DNA of 64,000 bases from Alphaproteobacteria bacterium (GTDB lineage: Bacteria > Pseudomonadota > Alphaproteobacteria > Bin95): NCBI GenBank assembly GCA_965205265.1, contig CBDBGH010000003.1, forward strand, positions 2,464,001 through 2,528,000, written 5' to 3'. A program made the position numbers and the translations under genes. The notes beneath the pieces are model-generated. The model ran no database searches and was not told the origin of the DNA. It saw only the letters and a list, made by a program, of their open reading frames with translations. Shown piece by piece: positions 19,504-29,123 of the stretch; within the stretch, counting starts at the first letter, position 1; the number at the start of each line of letters is the position of its first letter.

Positions 19504-19617
19504 GTCTTCACCCCCGGACGGTCGGAGCGGCTCCGGCAAGGATAAGGCCCGATCCGGGTCCGGCGGAAATCGCGTAAGCTGGCGCCGCCCGGCATTCGGG
19601 AATCGGGAGGGAACAGC

Positions 19618-20532
19618 ATGGCGAGACCCTGGCGCGGCGTGTGGCCGGTCGTTCCGACCGTCTTCACCGAAACCGGAGACCTCGACCTCGATGGCCAGAG
19701 GCGGGTCATCGACTGCATGGTGGACCAGGGCTCGGACGGGCTCTGCATCCTCGCCAACTATTCCGAGCAGTTCCTGATCTCGGACGAGGAGCGCGAGACG
19801 CTTGCCCGGACCTGCCTGGAGCATGTCGCGGGCCGCCTGCCGGTCATTGTCGCCGCCTCGCATTTCTCGACCCGCATCGTGGTGGAGCGCTGCCGCCGGG
19901 CGGCGGAGCTCGGCGCAGCGATGGTCATGCTGATGCCGCCCTATCACGGGACCGGACTAAGAGGCACGGAGACGCAGACATACGAGCAGTTCGCACAGGC
20001 CGCCGGGGCGGGCCTGCCGATCATGGTGCAGGACGCGCCGCTCTCGGGCGTGACGCTCTCCGTGCCGTTCCTCGCCCGGCTCGCGAAGGAGATCGGCGGG
20101 GTCGCCTATTTCAAGATCGAGACGCCGCAGGCCGCGGCCAAGCTGCGCGCGCTCGTCCGCGCGGGCGGCGAGGTGATCGAGGGGCCGTTCGACGGCGAGG
20201 AGGCGATCGCCCTGATGGCCGACCTCGACGCCGGCGCCACCGGCACCATGCCGAGCGCGCTGCTGCCGGACCTGCTGAAGCCCGTGGTGGACGCCCACCG
20301 CGACGGCCGCCGCGAGGAAGCCGCCGCCGCCTATGCCCGCGTGCTGCCGCTCGTCAACTACGAGAACCGCCAGTGCGGCCTGCGCGCTTCGAAGGCCGCC
20401 ATGAAGGCCGGCGGCGTCATCCGCTCCGACCATGTCCGCGCCCCGCTCGCGCCTCTGGAGCCGGAGGTTCTCTCCGGTCTCATGGAACTCGCCCGCCCGC
20501 TCGACCTGCTGGCGCTGCGCTGGGGGCTTTGA
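19618..20532 (+). CDS. DapA-family lyase (2-keto-3-deoxy-pentonate dehydratase-like)
   Basis: GVWPVVPT, ILANYSEQF, MLMPPYH, IMVQDAP, YFKIE. Confidence 0.85.
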   Translation: MARPWRGVWPVVPTVFTETGDLDLDGQRRVIDCMVDQGSDGLCILANYSEQFLISDEERETLARTCLEHVAGRLPVIVAASHFSTRIVVERCRRAAELGAAMVMLMPPYHGTGLRGTETQTYEQFAQAAGAGLPIMVQDAPLSGVTLSVPFLARLAKEIGGVAYFKIETPQAAAKLRALVRAGGEVIEGPFDGEEAIALMADLDAGATGTMPSALLPDLLKPVVDAHRDGRREEAAAAYARVLPLVNYENRQCGLRASKAAMKAGGVIRSDHVRAPLAPLEPEVLSGLMELARPLDLLALRWGL

Positions 20533-20568
20533 GGGGCGTTGGCCGGAACGCCCGGACTCTTGATTGAT

Positions 20569-20586
20569 TGTAAACTGTAGTTTACA
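20569..20586. promoter_or_regulatory. Operator palindrome of the addiction module
   Basis: TGTAAACT-GT-AGTTTACA, 8 nt before the toxin ATG. Confidence 0.65.
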
Positions 20587-20594
20587 TTTCGGGC

Positions 20595-20891
20595 ATGATC
20601 GAAATCGTCGAAAGCTCTACCTTCAAGAGGTGGCTTCGCGATTTGCGGGACCGGGGCGCGGTCGCCCGAGTTAATGCAAGACTGCGGAACATATCGCTTG
20701 GAAATTTTGGCGATGCGAGGAACCTGGGCGGCGGCATATCCGAGATGCGCATTCACCACGGACCCGGCTACCGCCTCTATTTCATGCGCGACGGGACAAC
20801 TGCAGTCATGCTTTGCGGTGGCGACAAGGACAGCCAGCAGCGAGACATCCCGCGCGCCAGACGCTTGGCAATGGGTTGGAGGCAGGCATGA
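20595..20891 (+). CDS. RelE/ParE-family addiction module killer protein (HI1419-like)
   Basis: FKRWLRDLRD, GNFGD, SEMRIHHGPGYRLYF, LCGGDKDSQQRDI. Confidence 0.9.
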   Translation: MIEIVESSTFKRWLRDLRDRGAVARVNARLRNISLGNFGDARNLGGGISEMRIHHGPGYRLYFMRDGTTAVMLCGGDKDSQQRDIPRARRLAMGWRQA

Positions 20892-21175
20892 CCGAAACTT
20901 TCACGCGATGGGACGCCGCAGAGCATCTTCACGACAAGGAGGATGCGCGTCTTTATCTCGAAGCCTGCGCGGAGGAGGACCCCGGCGATGGCAGCCTGGT
21001 CCGCGCTGCGTTGAACGACATCGCCCGCGCACAGAACATGAGTCGTCTCGCGCGGGACGCCGGCATGACACGCGAGGGGCTCTACAAGGCGTTGTCGGAA
21101 AACGGAAACCCGACCTTCGCCACCGTCATGCGGATTACCCGCGCGCTGGGAATGCATCTGCGCTTCACGACATAG
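20888..21175 (+). CDS. Addiction module antidote protein (HI1420-like HTH)
   Basis: WDAAEHL, ALNDIARAQNMSRLA, REGLYKALSENGNPTFAT; ATGA overlap. Confidence 0.9.
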   Translation: MTETFTRWDAAEHLHDKEDARLYLEACAEEDPGDGSLVRAALNDIARAQNMSRLARDAGMTREGLYKALSENGNPTFATVMRITRALGMHLRFTT

Positions 21176-21199
21176 TGCAAGGCCGGGAGGCAACCGGCT

Positions 21200-21709
21200 A
21201 TGAGCCCCCGCATTCAAGCGCATACGGCCGGCTCCATCCGCCCGGAGACCGCCGATGACCGGGAGGCGGTAAAGCAGCTCCTGCTGGCGGCGTTTCCGAC
21301 CTCCGACGAGGCGAGGCTTGTGGAACGGCTTCGCGGGGACGGGGATGCGGTGCTGTCGCTGGTTGCCGTCGAGGCGGAGGCGGTCGTCGGCCATGTGCTG
21401 TTTTCGCGGCTGCGCGCGCCGGCCGCCGCCCTTGCCCTGGCGCCGCTCGCGGTTGCGGCGGGATGCCGGCGGCGGGGCATCGGCGCGCGGCTGGTCGAGG
21501 CGGGACTCGACCGGGCGAAGCGGGAGGGCTGGCGGGCCGTTATCGTGCTGGGCGATCCGGCCTATTACAGCCGCTTCGGCTTCCGGCCGGAAGCGGTGCG
21601 CGGCATGGCCTCCCCCTATGCCGGCCCCGCCTTGACGGGGCTTGCGCTCGCGGAAGGCGGCCTGAGCGGTCCCCGCATCGAGCACGCCCCGGCCTTCGCC
21701 TCCCTGTAG
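21200..21709 (+). CDS. GNAT N-acetyltransferase (YhbS-like)
   Basis: LAPLAV..RRRGIG, VLGDPAYYSRFGF. Confidence 0.88.
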   Translation: MSPRIQAHTAGSIRPETADDREAVKQLLLAAFPTSDEARLVERLRGDGDAVLSLVAVEAEAVVGHVLFSRLRAPAAALALAPLAVAAGCRRRGIGARLVEAGLDRAKREGWRAVIVLGDPAYYSRFGFRPEAVRGMASPYAGPALTGLALAEGGLSGPRIEHAPAFASL

Positions 21710-21720
21710 CGCCCGCCCCT

Positions 21721-21916
21721 CTGGTGCACGATTCTTTCAGGCTGAAACGAACGTCCGGCCGTCCCTCGATACGCGGCTGGCGCCGCTACTCGGGATGAGG
21801 AAATTCTTGGAACTCTGCCTTCCTGCCTTCCCTCACCCTGAGTAGTGCCCGCGCCAGCGGGTGCGTATCGAAGGGCGGCTGCCGCTCCGGTTCAACCTGA
21901 AAGGGTCCTGCTCTAG
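21721..21916. repeat. Palindromic intergenic element / MITE-like with ~80-bp imperfect inverted arms
   Basis: Left CTGGTGCACGATTCTTTCAGGCTGAA...CGATACGC...CTACTCGGGATGAGG mirrors the reverse complement of the right arm CTAGAGCAGGACCCTTTCAGGTTGAA...CGATACGC...CTACTCAGGGTGAGG. Confidence 0.7.
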
Positions 21917-23004
21917 CCCGGCCGGTGGCCCGCCAGCGCCTCCCAGTCGAAGGCGATGCCGTGGCCGGGGCGGTCGGGGGCGCGGGCGTAGCCGTCTTCG
22001 ACCGTCAGCGGGTCCGCCATGAACTGGTCGAGGCCGAAGGCGTGCCATTCCAGATAGGCCGCGTTCGGGGCCGCGGCGAGCAGGTGGATATGCAGGTCGT
22101 GCGCGCCGTGGCTCATCACCGGCAGGCCGTTCGCCTCGGCGAGCCGGGCCACCTTCATGAAGGGCGTGACGCCGCCGCATGTGGTGAGGTCGGGCTCGGG
22201 AAAATCGACCCCGCCCGCGCCGATGAGCGCGGCGAACTCCGCGAGCGTGTGGTGGTTCTCGCCCGCCGCCAGCGGCACCTTGCCCATCGCGCGCAGATGC
22301 GCGTAGCCGACGGTGTTGTCGGGCGCAATCGGCTCCTCCAGCCAGACGAGGTCGAAGGGCTGCAGCTGGGTCATGGCGCGCATCGCCTGCTCCACCCGCC
22401 AGGCCTCGTTCGCATCCGCCATCAGCTCGATCTCGTCCGGCAGGCGGTCGCGCATCGCCTCCACGCGCGCGATGTCCTCCCTGAGCGTCGGGCGGCCGAG
22501 CCGCATCTTGACCGACCGGAAGCCCGCCTCGACGCTCGCCATGCCGCCCGCCAGCAGCCTGTCCACCGGGAAGTTGAGGTCGATATTGCCGGCATAGGCG
22601 CGCACGCTCGGGTTCGCCCCGCCGAGCAGGCGCCAGAGCGGGGAGCCCAGCCTGTTGCCCTTCAGGTCCCAGAGCGCGACATCCACCGCCGCCATCGCGA
22701 AGCCTGTGGCCCCGCCGCGCCCGGCATAGTGGTGGCGCTTGTAGAGGTCCCGCCAGATCGCCTCGATCAGGTCCGGGTCCTTGCCCTCGATGCTGGAGCG
22801 GAAGGAGCCGTCGCACATCGCCGCGATCGGGCCGCCCTGCCCTTCATGCATCACGGTGTAGCCCACCCCCGACGCGCCGTCGCTGTCGGTAATCCGCGCC
22901 GTCACCATGTCGAAGGCGGTCATCACGCCCGCGGCCGAGGCCTCCATCACCACCGGCAGCGGCAGGCGGAACAGGTCGATGTCCAGCTTGTCGATTGTCG
23001 CCAC
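21913..23004 (-). CDS. Mandelate racemase/muconate lactonizing enzyme family protein
   Basis: AVDVALWDLKG, KMRLG, MADAN, WLEEP, AAGEN; GTG start. Confidence 0.9.
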   Translation of the reverse strand: MATIDKLDIDLFRLPLPVVMEASAAGVMTAFDMVTARITDSDGASGVGYTVMHEGQGGPIAAMCDGSFRSSIEGKDPDLIEAIWRDLYKRHHYAGRGGATGFAMAAVDVALWDLKGNRLGSPLWRLLGGANPSVRAYAGNIDLNFPVDRLLAGGMASVEAGFRSVKMRLGRPTLREDIARVEAMRDRLPDEIELMADANEAWRVEQAMRAMTQLQPFDLVWLEEPIAPDNTVGYAHLRAMGKVPLAAGENHHTLAEFAALIGAGGVDFPEPDLTTCGGVTPFMKVARLAEANGLPVMSHGAHDLHIHLLAAAPNAAYLEWHAFGLDQFMADPLTVEDGYARAPDRPGHGIAFDWEALAGHRPG

Positions 23005-23105
23005 GGTCCCGGTCCCCCCTCTGGCCTGCATGCGGCGGTCTTGTTGCCGGGATAATTCACCATGCGCTATAGGGAGGCAACCGGAGGCCAGCGGAGCCAG
23101 CGCCC

Positions 23106-24185
23106 ATGCCCTACGATGCCGACCGCCTGCACGAGGTTCCCGACGACCCGCTCGCCGCCATCGACTATTGCTACGAGCAGGGTTGGACCGACGGCCTGCC
23201 CGTCGTGCCGCCGGCGCCCGGGCGCGTCGAAGAGATGCTGGGCTATGAGGGCCGCCCGCCCGAGACGCCCATCGCCCACCACCCGGCGACGGGGCTGGAA
23301 TGCACTGTCCATGCCGCGGCGGTCAACGCCGTCATGGCCGGCTGCCGGCCCGAATATTTCCCGGTTCTGGTCGCGGCCTTCGAGGCCATGAACGAGCCCG
23401 GCTTCAACTTCCACGGCTCGACCGCCTCCACCGGCGGCTCGGCCCCGCTGCTGGTCGTCAGCGGCCCCGTCGCCGACGACATCGGCATGAACGCGGACGT
23501 GAACCTGTTCGGCCCCGGCAACCGCGCCAACGCCACCATCGGCCGCGCCGTGCGCCTCATCCTGATGAACGTCTTCCGGATGGTCCCCGGCATTTCCGAC
23601 AAATCGACCCAGGGCCATCCGGGCAAGTTCAGCTTCTGCATCGCGGAGCGCAGCCGCGGCAATCCCTGGCCGCTCTTGTGCGAGGAGCAGGGCTATCCGG
23701 AAGGGGTGAGCAGCGTCACGGCGTTCGCCGGCGGCGGCTTCTGCAATATCGAGAATCACGGCGGCAACACGCCGGAGCACATCCTGGCGACGGTGGCCGA
23801 CGCCATGGCGAATTACGGCTGCATCACGCTCGGCCAGTCCGTCGTGGTGCTGGCGCCGGAGCATATGCGCATCCTCGCCGGCGCCGGCTGGACGCGGAAA
23901 GAGGCGCAGGAATACCTGTTCGCCCATGCGAGCCGCCCGGTCGAGGGCATGAAGGCCGTCGGCAAGCACCGTGACGTCGAATACGGGAAGCAGCACGGCG
24001 AGGAGGGCGCGCACCCGCTGGCGGGCGACGGCAGGTTCCACCGCGGCCTCGGCCCCGACGACATCCTCATCCTGATGGGCGGCGGCGACGCCGGCGGCCA
24101 TTCCAGCTTCATCCCCTCCTGGAGCCGCGGCCGCGGCTCGCTCATGCAGTCGAAACCCATCGGCGTGTGCATCGACTGCGAGTAG
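23106..24185 (+). CDS. Conserved hypothetical protein of the type found beside UGSC selenoproteins
   Basis: GWTDGLPVVPP, AVNAVMAGCRPEYFPV, GNRANATIGRA, C-terminal CIDC. Confidence 0.8.
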   Translation: MPYDADRLHEVPDDPLAAIDYCYEQGWTDGLPVVPPAPGRVEEMLGYEGRPPETPIAHHPATGLECTVHAAAVNAVMAGCRPEYFPVLVAAFEAMNEPGFNFHGSTASTGGSAPLLVVSGPVADDIGMNADVNLFGPGNRANATIGRAVRLILMNVFRMVPGISDKSTQGHPGKFSFCIAERSRGNPWPLLCEEQGYPEGVSSVTAFAGGGFCNIENHGGNTPEHILATVADAMANYGCITLGQSVVVLAPEHMRILAGAGWTRKEAQEYLFAHASRPVEGMKAVGKHRDVEYGKQHGEEGAHPLAGDGRFHRGLGPDDILILMGGGDAGGHSSFIPSWSRGRGSLMQSKPIGVCIDCE

Positions 24186-24204
24186 GCGGGGCACGCGGAA
24201 GACC

Positions 24205-24441
24205 ATGAGCGACAACCGGCAGTTCGACGAGGATGAGGCGCGGAGCCTCAAGTCGGGCGTCGTGGACGATGACAAGCGCGAGGACGGCGCGGTCGAGGAA
24301 GACATGGACGCCAAGCGCGCCGCCTTCTGGGCCATGGTCGATCCCTTGCGGCGTGCGACGGAGGGGCGCGAACATACGCCTGCCGAGGAGTTGATCCGCG
24401 GAGACCGCGACCGCGGCCACCGCCCCCATCTCGGCTTCTGA
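24205..24441 (+). CDS. Small hypothetical protein, C-terminus resembles VapB/FitA-like antitoxins
   Basis: AFWAMVDPLRRATEGREHTPAEELIRGDRDRGH. Confidence 0.35.
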   Translation: MSDNRQFDEDEARSLKSGVVDDDKREDGAVEEDMDAKRAAFWAMVDPLRRATEGREHTPAEELIRGDRDRGHRPHLGF

Positions 24442-24590
24442 AGGGTTCGACCGTGGGCGCCACATCCTCGCCCCGGCCCGGATCGCCGCGCTGCCAGGGG
24501 TGACAATCGGGGTTCCCGGCCGCAACATGCGGCCTCAATTGACGGGCGTGGATCGGGGCCCGGAACGACAACCGACTGGAGACGACAGGC

Positions 24591-25115
24591 ATGCTTCTTT
24601 GCGACCCCACGGTTCCGGGGCCGGAGCGGAACCTCTCCCGCGCGGCGGCGCTGGCCGGGCTGGAGGGCCGGACCGTCGGCCTTCTGGAGAACGGCAAGCT
24701 CAACGCCGTTTCCATGCTCCGCGAGACCGCCCGGCTCTTCGAGCAACGGCACGGCTGCACGGTGGTGCCGATCTGGTCCAAGTGGAACGCCAGCGCGCCC
24801 GCGCCCGAGGAGACGCTGCGGGAGGCGGCGGACAAGGTCGATTTCCTGATAACGGGACTGGGCGACTGAGGCTCCTGTTCGACGTGCAGTTTGCATGACG
24901 GCATCAGCTTCGAGCAGCTCGGCAAGCGCGCGGCGGTCATCTGCACCGAACCCTTCGAGGTGACGGCGCGGAACATCGCCCGGACGCTGGGCCTCCCGGA
25001 CTATCCCTTCATCACGGTCGAGCATCCCATCGGCAGCCGCCGGCCGGACGAGATCCGGGTCCTGGCCGAAGCGGCCTACCGGCAGGCCCTGCCGATCCTG
25101 ACCGCGGCCGCCTGA
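24591..25115 (+). CDS. UGSC-family selenoprotein (in-frame UGA at 24867-24869 read as Sec)
   Basis: Frame continues through TGA: LITGLGD-U-GSCSTCSLHDG; ORFs 24591-24869 and 24891-25115 are in the same frame; NGKLNA motif. Confidence 0.85.
24870..24900 (+). promoter_or_regulatory. Candidate bacterial SECIS hairpin
   Basis: CGTGCA-GTT-TGCATG stem-loop with a G-first apical loop about 20 nt after the UGA. Confidence 0.5.
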
Positions 25116-25152
25116 GCGGCCCCGCAATCTCCGCCCCAGGGAGGCCAGAAGC

Positions 25153-26793
25153 GTGACCGCCACGATCTATTCCGCGCGCAAGATCGTCACCATGAACCCG
25201 GCCCGCCCGCACGCCAGCCATGTGGCGGTGCGGGAGGGACGCATCCTCGGCGCCGGGACGCTGGAGGAGCTGGCCGGCTGGGGCGACTACCGGCTGGACG
25301 ACCGCTTCGCGGACAAGGTGCTGATGCCGGGCCTTGTGGAAGGCCACAGCCATGTCATGGAAGGCTCGCTCTGGGCCTATGTCTATTGCGGCTTCTTCGA
25401 CCGCATGGACCCCGAAGGCAGGGTCTGGGCGGGCCTCAAGTCCATCGACGCCGTGGTCGAACGGCTCGCCGAGGCGGCGGGAGCGCTGGACGACCCGGCG
25501 GCGCCGCTCGCCGGCTGGTCGCTCGACGCGATCTACTATGGCGGCCGGCGCGTGAACCGCCACGACCTCGACCGGGTCTCGACGGAGCGCGCCGTCGGCG
25601 TGCTGAACGCCTCCGGCCATATCCTCAATGTCAACACGAAGGCGCTGGAGCGCGCCGGGCTGCTGCGCGCAGGCGTCAACCATCCCGGCATCCCGCTCGG
25701 CGCGGACGGCCTGCCGACCGGCGAGATGAAGGGGCCGGACGCGATGGCCCCGCTCGGCGTCCATACCGGCTTCGACCGCGACCTCCTGGCCTGCGACGAG
25801 CCGGGCCTGCGCCGCTTCGCGAAACTCTGCGTGCGCACCGGCGTCACCACCGCCGCCGACCTCGCCAACCTGCTGCCGGAAGACGCGGTCGAAATGATGC
25901 TGCGCGTGACAAGCGAGCCGGACTACCCGGCGCGCATCGTCTCGCTCCGGCGCTTCTACGGCCTGACTCCCGAAGAGCTGATCGACCGCGCGCTGGAACT
26001 GAAGGGCCGCAGCCGGGACAGGCTCCGCCTCGGCATCATCAAGGTGGTGGCGGACGGCTCGATCCAGGGCTTCTCCGCCCGGCTGCGCTGGCCCGGCTAT
26101 TACAACGGCGCGCCGGAAGGGCTCTGGTACGTGCCGCCGGAGCACCTGCTGGAGATCTACGAGCGAGCGCTCGCCGCCGGCCTCCAGGTCCACACCCACA
26201 CCAATGGCGACGAGGCGACCGACCTCGCGCTCGACTGCATGGAAACGGCGCTGCGCAAGCATCCCGCGCCCGACCACCGCTTCACCCTCCAGCACTGCCA
26301 GCTTGCCGACGCCGCGCAGTTCCGCCGTATCCGCGCCCTCGGCCTCTGCGTCAACCTCTTCCCCAACCACCATTTCTACTGGGGCGACCAGCATTACGCC
26401 GTCACGGTCGGGCCGGAGCGCGCCGAGCGGATGAACGCCGGCGCAACGGCGCTCCGCGAGGGCGTGCCGCTCGCCATCCACTCCGATGCGCCGGTGACGC
26501 CGCTGGGCCCGCTCTTCACCGCCTGGTGCGCCGTCAACCGCCGCACGGCCTCCGGGCGCACCCTCGGCGAACAGGAGCGGATCGGCGCCGGCGACGCACT
26601 CCGCACGATCACCCTGGGCGCGGCCTACACGCTCGGGCTCGACGGCGAGGTGGGCTCCATCGAGACCGGCAAGCGCGCCGATTTCGCCGTGCTGGAGAAC
26701 GACCCGGAGACTATCGGCGGCGAGCGGCTGAAGGATGTGCGCGTCTGGGGCACCGTCCAAGGCGGCCGCATCTTCCCGGCCGCCGATCTTTGA
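25153..26793 (+). CDS. Amidohydrolase, YtcJ-like (Amidohydro_3)
   Basis: PGLVEGHSH, KVVADGSIQG, HTNGD, LQHCQ, HSDAPV, GSIETGKRADF. Confidence 0.9.
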   Translation: MTATIYSARKIVTMNPARPHASHVAVREGRILGAGTLEELAGWGDYRLDDRFADKVLMPGLVEGHSHVMEGSLWAYVYCGFFDRMDPEGRVWAGLKSIDAVVERLAEAAGALDDPAAPLAGWSLDAIYYGGRRVNRHDLDRVSTERAVGVLNASGHILNVNTKALERAGLLRAGVNHPGIPLGADGLPTGEMKGPDAMAPLGVHTGFDRDLLACDEPGLRRFAKLCVRTGVTTAADLANLLPEDAVEMMLRVTSEPDYPARIVSLRRFYGLTPEELIDRALELKGRSRDRLRLGIIKVVADGSIQGFSARLRWPGYYNGAPEGLWYVPPEHLLEIYERALAAGLQVHTHTNGDEATDLALDCMETALRKHPAPDHRFTLQHCQLADAAQFRRIRALGLCVNLFPNHHFYWGDQHYAVTVGPERAERMNAGATALREGVPLAIHSDAPVTPLGPLFTAWCAVNRRTASGRTLGEQERIGAGDALRTITLGAAYTLGLDGEVGSIETGKRADFAVLENDPETIGGERLKDVRVWGTVQGGRIFPAADL

Positions 26794-26911
26794 GGCGGCC
26801 CCGAAGCGGCTTTCAACGGCGCCGCCGCGCGCCTATATTGGAAAACTACCGGCGACCGGCCGCTAGTCCCCTGCGGCGCCCGGTCGCTTCCGCAACACCG
26901 GATGCGCATTC

Positions 26912-28096
26912 ATGTCCAGCCCGGTCGGCCGCCTGTCGGCGCTGCTGAAACACGAAGCCGCCGGCGGCGTGCTGTTGATGCTGGCCGCCGTCGCGGCGCT
27001 GGCGCTCGACAACTCGCCGCTCGCCCATCTCTACGACGCCCTGCTGACAATCCCGGTGGTGGTGCAGGTCGGCGCGCTGGCGCTGGAGAAGCCGCTGCTG
27101 CTCTGGATAAACGACGGGCTGATGGCGATGTTCTTCCTGCTGGTCGGGCTGGAGATAAAGCGCGAGTTCCTGGAAGGGAACCTGTCGTCCTGGCGCCAGG
27201 CCGCGCTGCCGGCGCTCGCCGCGCTCGGGGGCATGGCGGCGCCGGCGCTGATCTACGCGGCGCTCAATGCCGGCGATCCGGTGGCGCTGCGCGGCTGGGC
27301 GATCCCGGCCGCGACCGACATCGCCTTCGCCGTCGGCATACTGGCCCTGCTCGGCAGCCGGGCGCCGGTGGGGCTCAAGGTGTTCCTGCTGGCGCTGGCG
27401 GTGATAGACGACCTGGGCGCAATCCTCATCATCGCGGTCTTCTATACGGCCGACCTGTCGCTGGCCTCGCTCGCCATCGCCGCCGCCGGCGCGGCTGCGC
27501 TGCTGGCGCTGAACCTGGCCGGGGTGACGCGGCTGCTGCCTTACATCCTGGTCGGCCTCGTCATGTGGGTGGCGGTGCTGAAGTCCGGGGTCCATGCGAC
27601 GCTTGCCGGCGTGGTCATTGCGCTGTTCATTCCGCTGCGCACAAAGGACGCCGCCTCGGCCCCGCCGCCGCTGGTGCGGGCGGAGCACGGCCTGCACGGG
27701 TTCGTGGCGCTGTTCGTCATGCCGGTCTTCGCCTTCGCCAATGCCGGCGTGAATCTGGGCGGCCTCTCGCTCGGCGATTTCCTCTCGCCGATCCCGCTCG
27801 GCATCGCCGCCGGGCTGGTGGCCGGCAAACAGGTCGGCATTTTCGGCCTGACATGGGCCGGCGTGCGGCTCGGCATCTGCCGGCTGCCCGAGGGGGTGAC
27901 CTGGCTGCAGGTTTACGGCGCGTCGGCGCTGGCGGGCATCGGCTTCACCATGAGCCTCTTCATCGGCACGCTCGCTTTCGACGACCCGGCGCATCAGGCG
28001 GCGGTGCGGCTCGGCGTGCTGTCGGGCTCGCTGCTCTCGGGCATCGTCGGCTATGCGGTCCTGCGCCGGTTCGCCGGCGGCGGGCGCGCGGCATGA
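26912..28096 (+). CDS. nhaA: Na+/H+ antiporter NhaA
   Basis: WINDGLMAMFF, GWAIPAATDIAF, LAVIDDLGA, KSGVHATLAG, GIGFTMSLFI. Confidence 0.96.
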   Translation: MSSPVGRLSALLKHEAAGGVLLMLAAVAALALDNSPLAHLYDALLTIPVVVQVGALALEKPLLLWINDGLMAMFFLLVGLEIKREFLEGNLSSWRQAALPALAALGGMAAPALIYAALNAGDPVALRGWAIPAATDIAFAVGILALLGSRAPVGLKVFLLALAVIDDLGAILIIAVFYTADLSLASLAIAAAGAAALLALNLAGVTRLLPYILVGLVMWVAVLKSGVHATLAGVVIALFIPLRTKDAASAPPPLVRAEHGLHGFVALFVMPVFAFANAGVNLGGLSLGDFLSPIPLGIAAGLVAGKQVGIFGLTWAGVRLGICRLPEGVTWLQVYGASALAGIGFTMSLFIGTLAFDDPAHQAAVRLGVLSGSLLSGIVGYAVLRRFAGGGRAA

Positions 28097-28998
28097 CCGC
28101 CGCCGCCCCGCTGCCCGTCACCGTCGTCGGCGGCTATCTGGGCGCGGGCAAGACGACGCTCGTCAACAGCCTGCTCCGGCAGGCGGACGGCAGGCGGCTC
28201 GCCGTGATGGTGAACGAATTCGGCGCGCTTCCCATCGACGCAAGCCTCGTCGAGGCGGCGGACGACCGGATCGTCAGCCTCACCGGCGGCTGCGTCTGCT
28301 GCAGCTATGGCGAGGACCTCGTGTCGTCGCTGGTCATGCTGGCCGCGCTGGAGCCGAGGCCGGACCATGTGCTGCTGGAGGCGAGCGGCGTCGCCTTTCC
28401 GGGCGCCATTGCCGGCACGGTCGGCCTGCTGCGGGACTTCGCGCTGGACGGCGCGGTCGTGCTGGCCGACGCCGAGACCGTGCGCGGCCGGGCCGGGGAC
28501 CGCTATCTCGGCAGCACTGTGCGCCGGCAGCTGGCGAAAGCGGACCTCATCCTGCTCAACAAGTGCGACCTCGCGGGCGACGCCGACGCCGTGGAAACCT
28601 GGCTCGGCGAGACGGCGCCGGAGGCGCGGGTCCTGCGTACGGTGCGCTCGGAGGCGCCCATCGACATCGTGCTGGGCGCCTGGACCGGCCGCGCCGCCCT
28701 GCCCGCAGCCGGCGGCCCGTTCGACCACACGCACGGCTACACGACGACCACGCTCGACCCGCCCCCCGGAGCCGAACCGGAAGCAGTCGCCCGCATCCTC
28801 GCCGACCCCGCCCGCGGCCTGCTGCGCGCCAAGGGCTTCATGCCTCGCCCCGGCGGCGGCATGGCCGCCATCCAGACCGTCGGCAACCGCTGGACGGTCT
28901 CGGACGCGCCCGCCGACGCGCCCGCGGGCCTCGTCTGCATCGGCCTCGAAGCCCGCACGGACTTCGCCGCGCTCCGGCGGGCAATCGGCTGCTCCTGA
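28093..28998 (+). CDS. CobW/COG0523 family GTPase
   Basis: GYLGAGKTT, NEFG, GCVCC, EASG, NKCD. Confidence 0.92.
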   Translation: MTAAAPLPVTVVGGYLGAGKTTLVNSLLRQADGRRLAVMVNEFGALPIDASLVEAADDRIVSLTGGCVCCSYGEDLVSSLVMLAALEPRPDHVLLEASGVAFPGAIAGTVGLLRDFALDGAVVLADAETVRGRAGDRYLGSTVRRQLAKADLILLNKCDLAGDADAVETWLGETAPEARVLRTVRSEAPIDIVLGAWTGRAALPAAGGPFDHTHGYTTTTLDPPPGAEPEAVARILADPARGLLRAKGFMPRPGGGMAAIQTVGNRWTVSDAPADAPAGLVCIGLEARTDFAALRRAIGCS

Positions 28999-29123
28999 TA
29001 CCGAAGACCATCGATCGGAACCCGCACCCGTAGCTGCCCGAAAGCTCCTTTCCTGCCCGCGGAGAGATGCCGCACGAACTCTCCTCCCCGCTTGCGAGGG
29101 AGACCGGGTGGAGCGCGGGTCCG

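Noticed and set aside
24591-25115. Nonsense-mutated pseudogene or two separate small genes
   Set aside because: The TGA falls exactly in a U-G-S-C motif with a downstream hairpin, which selenocysteine recoding explains better.
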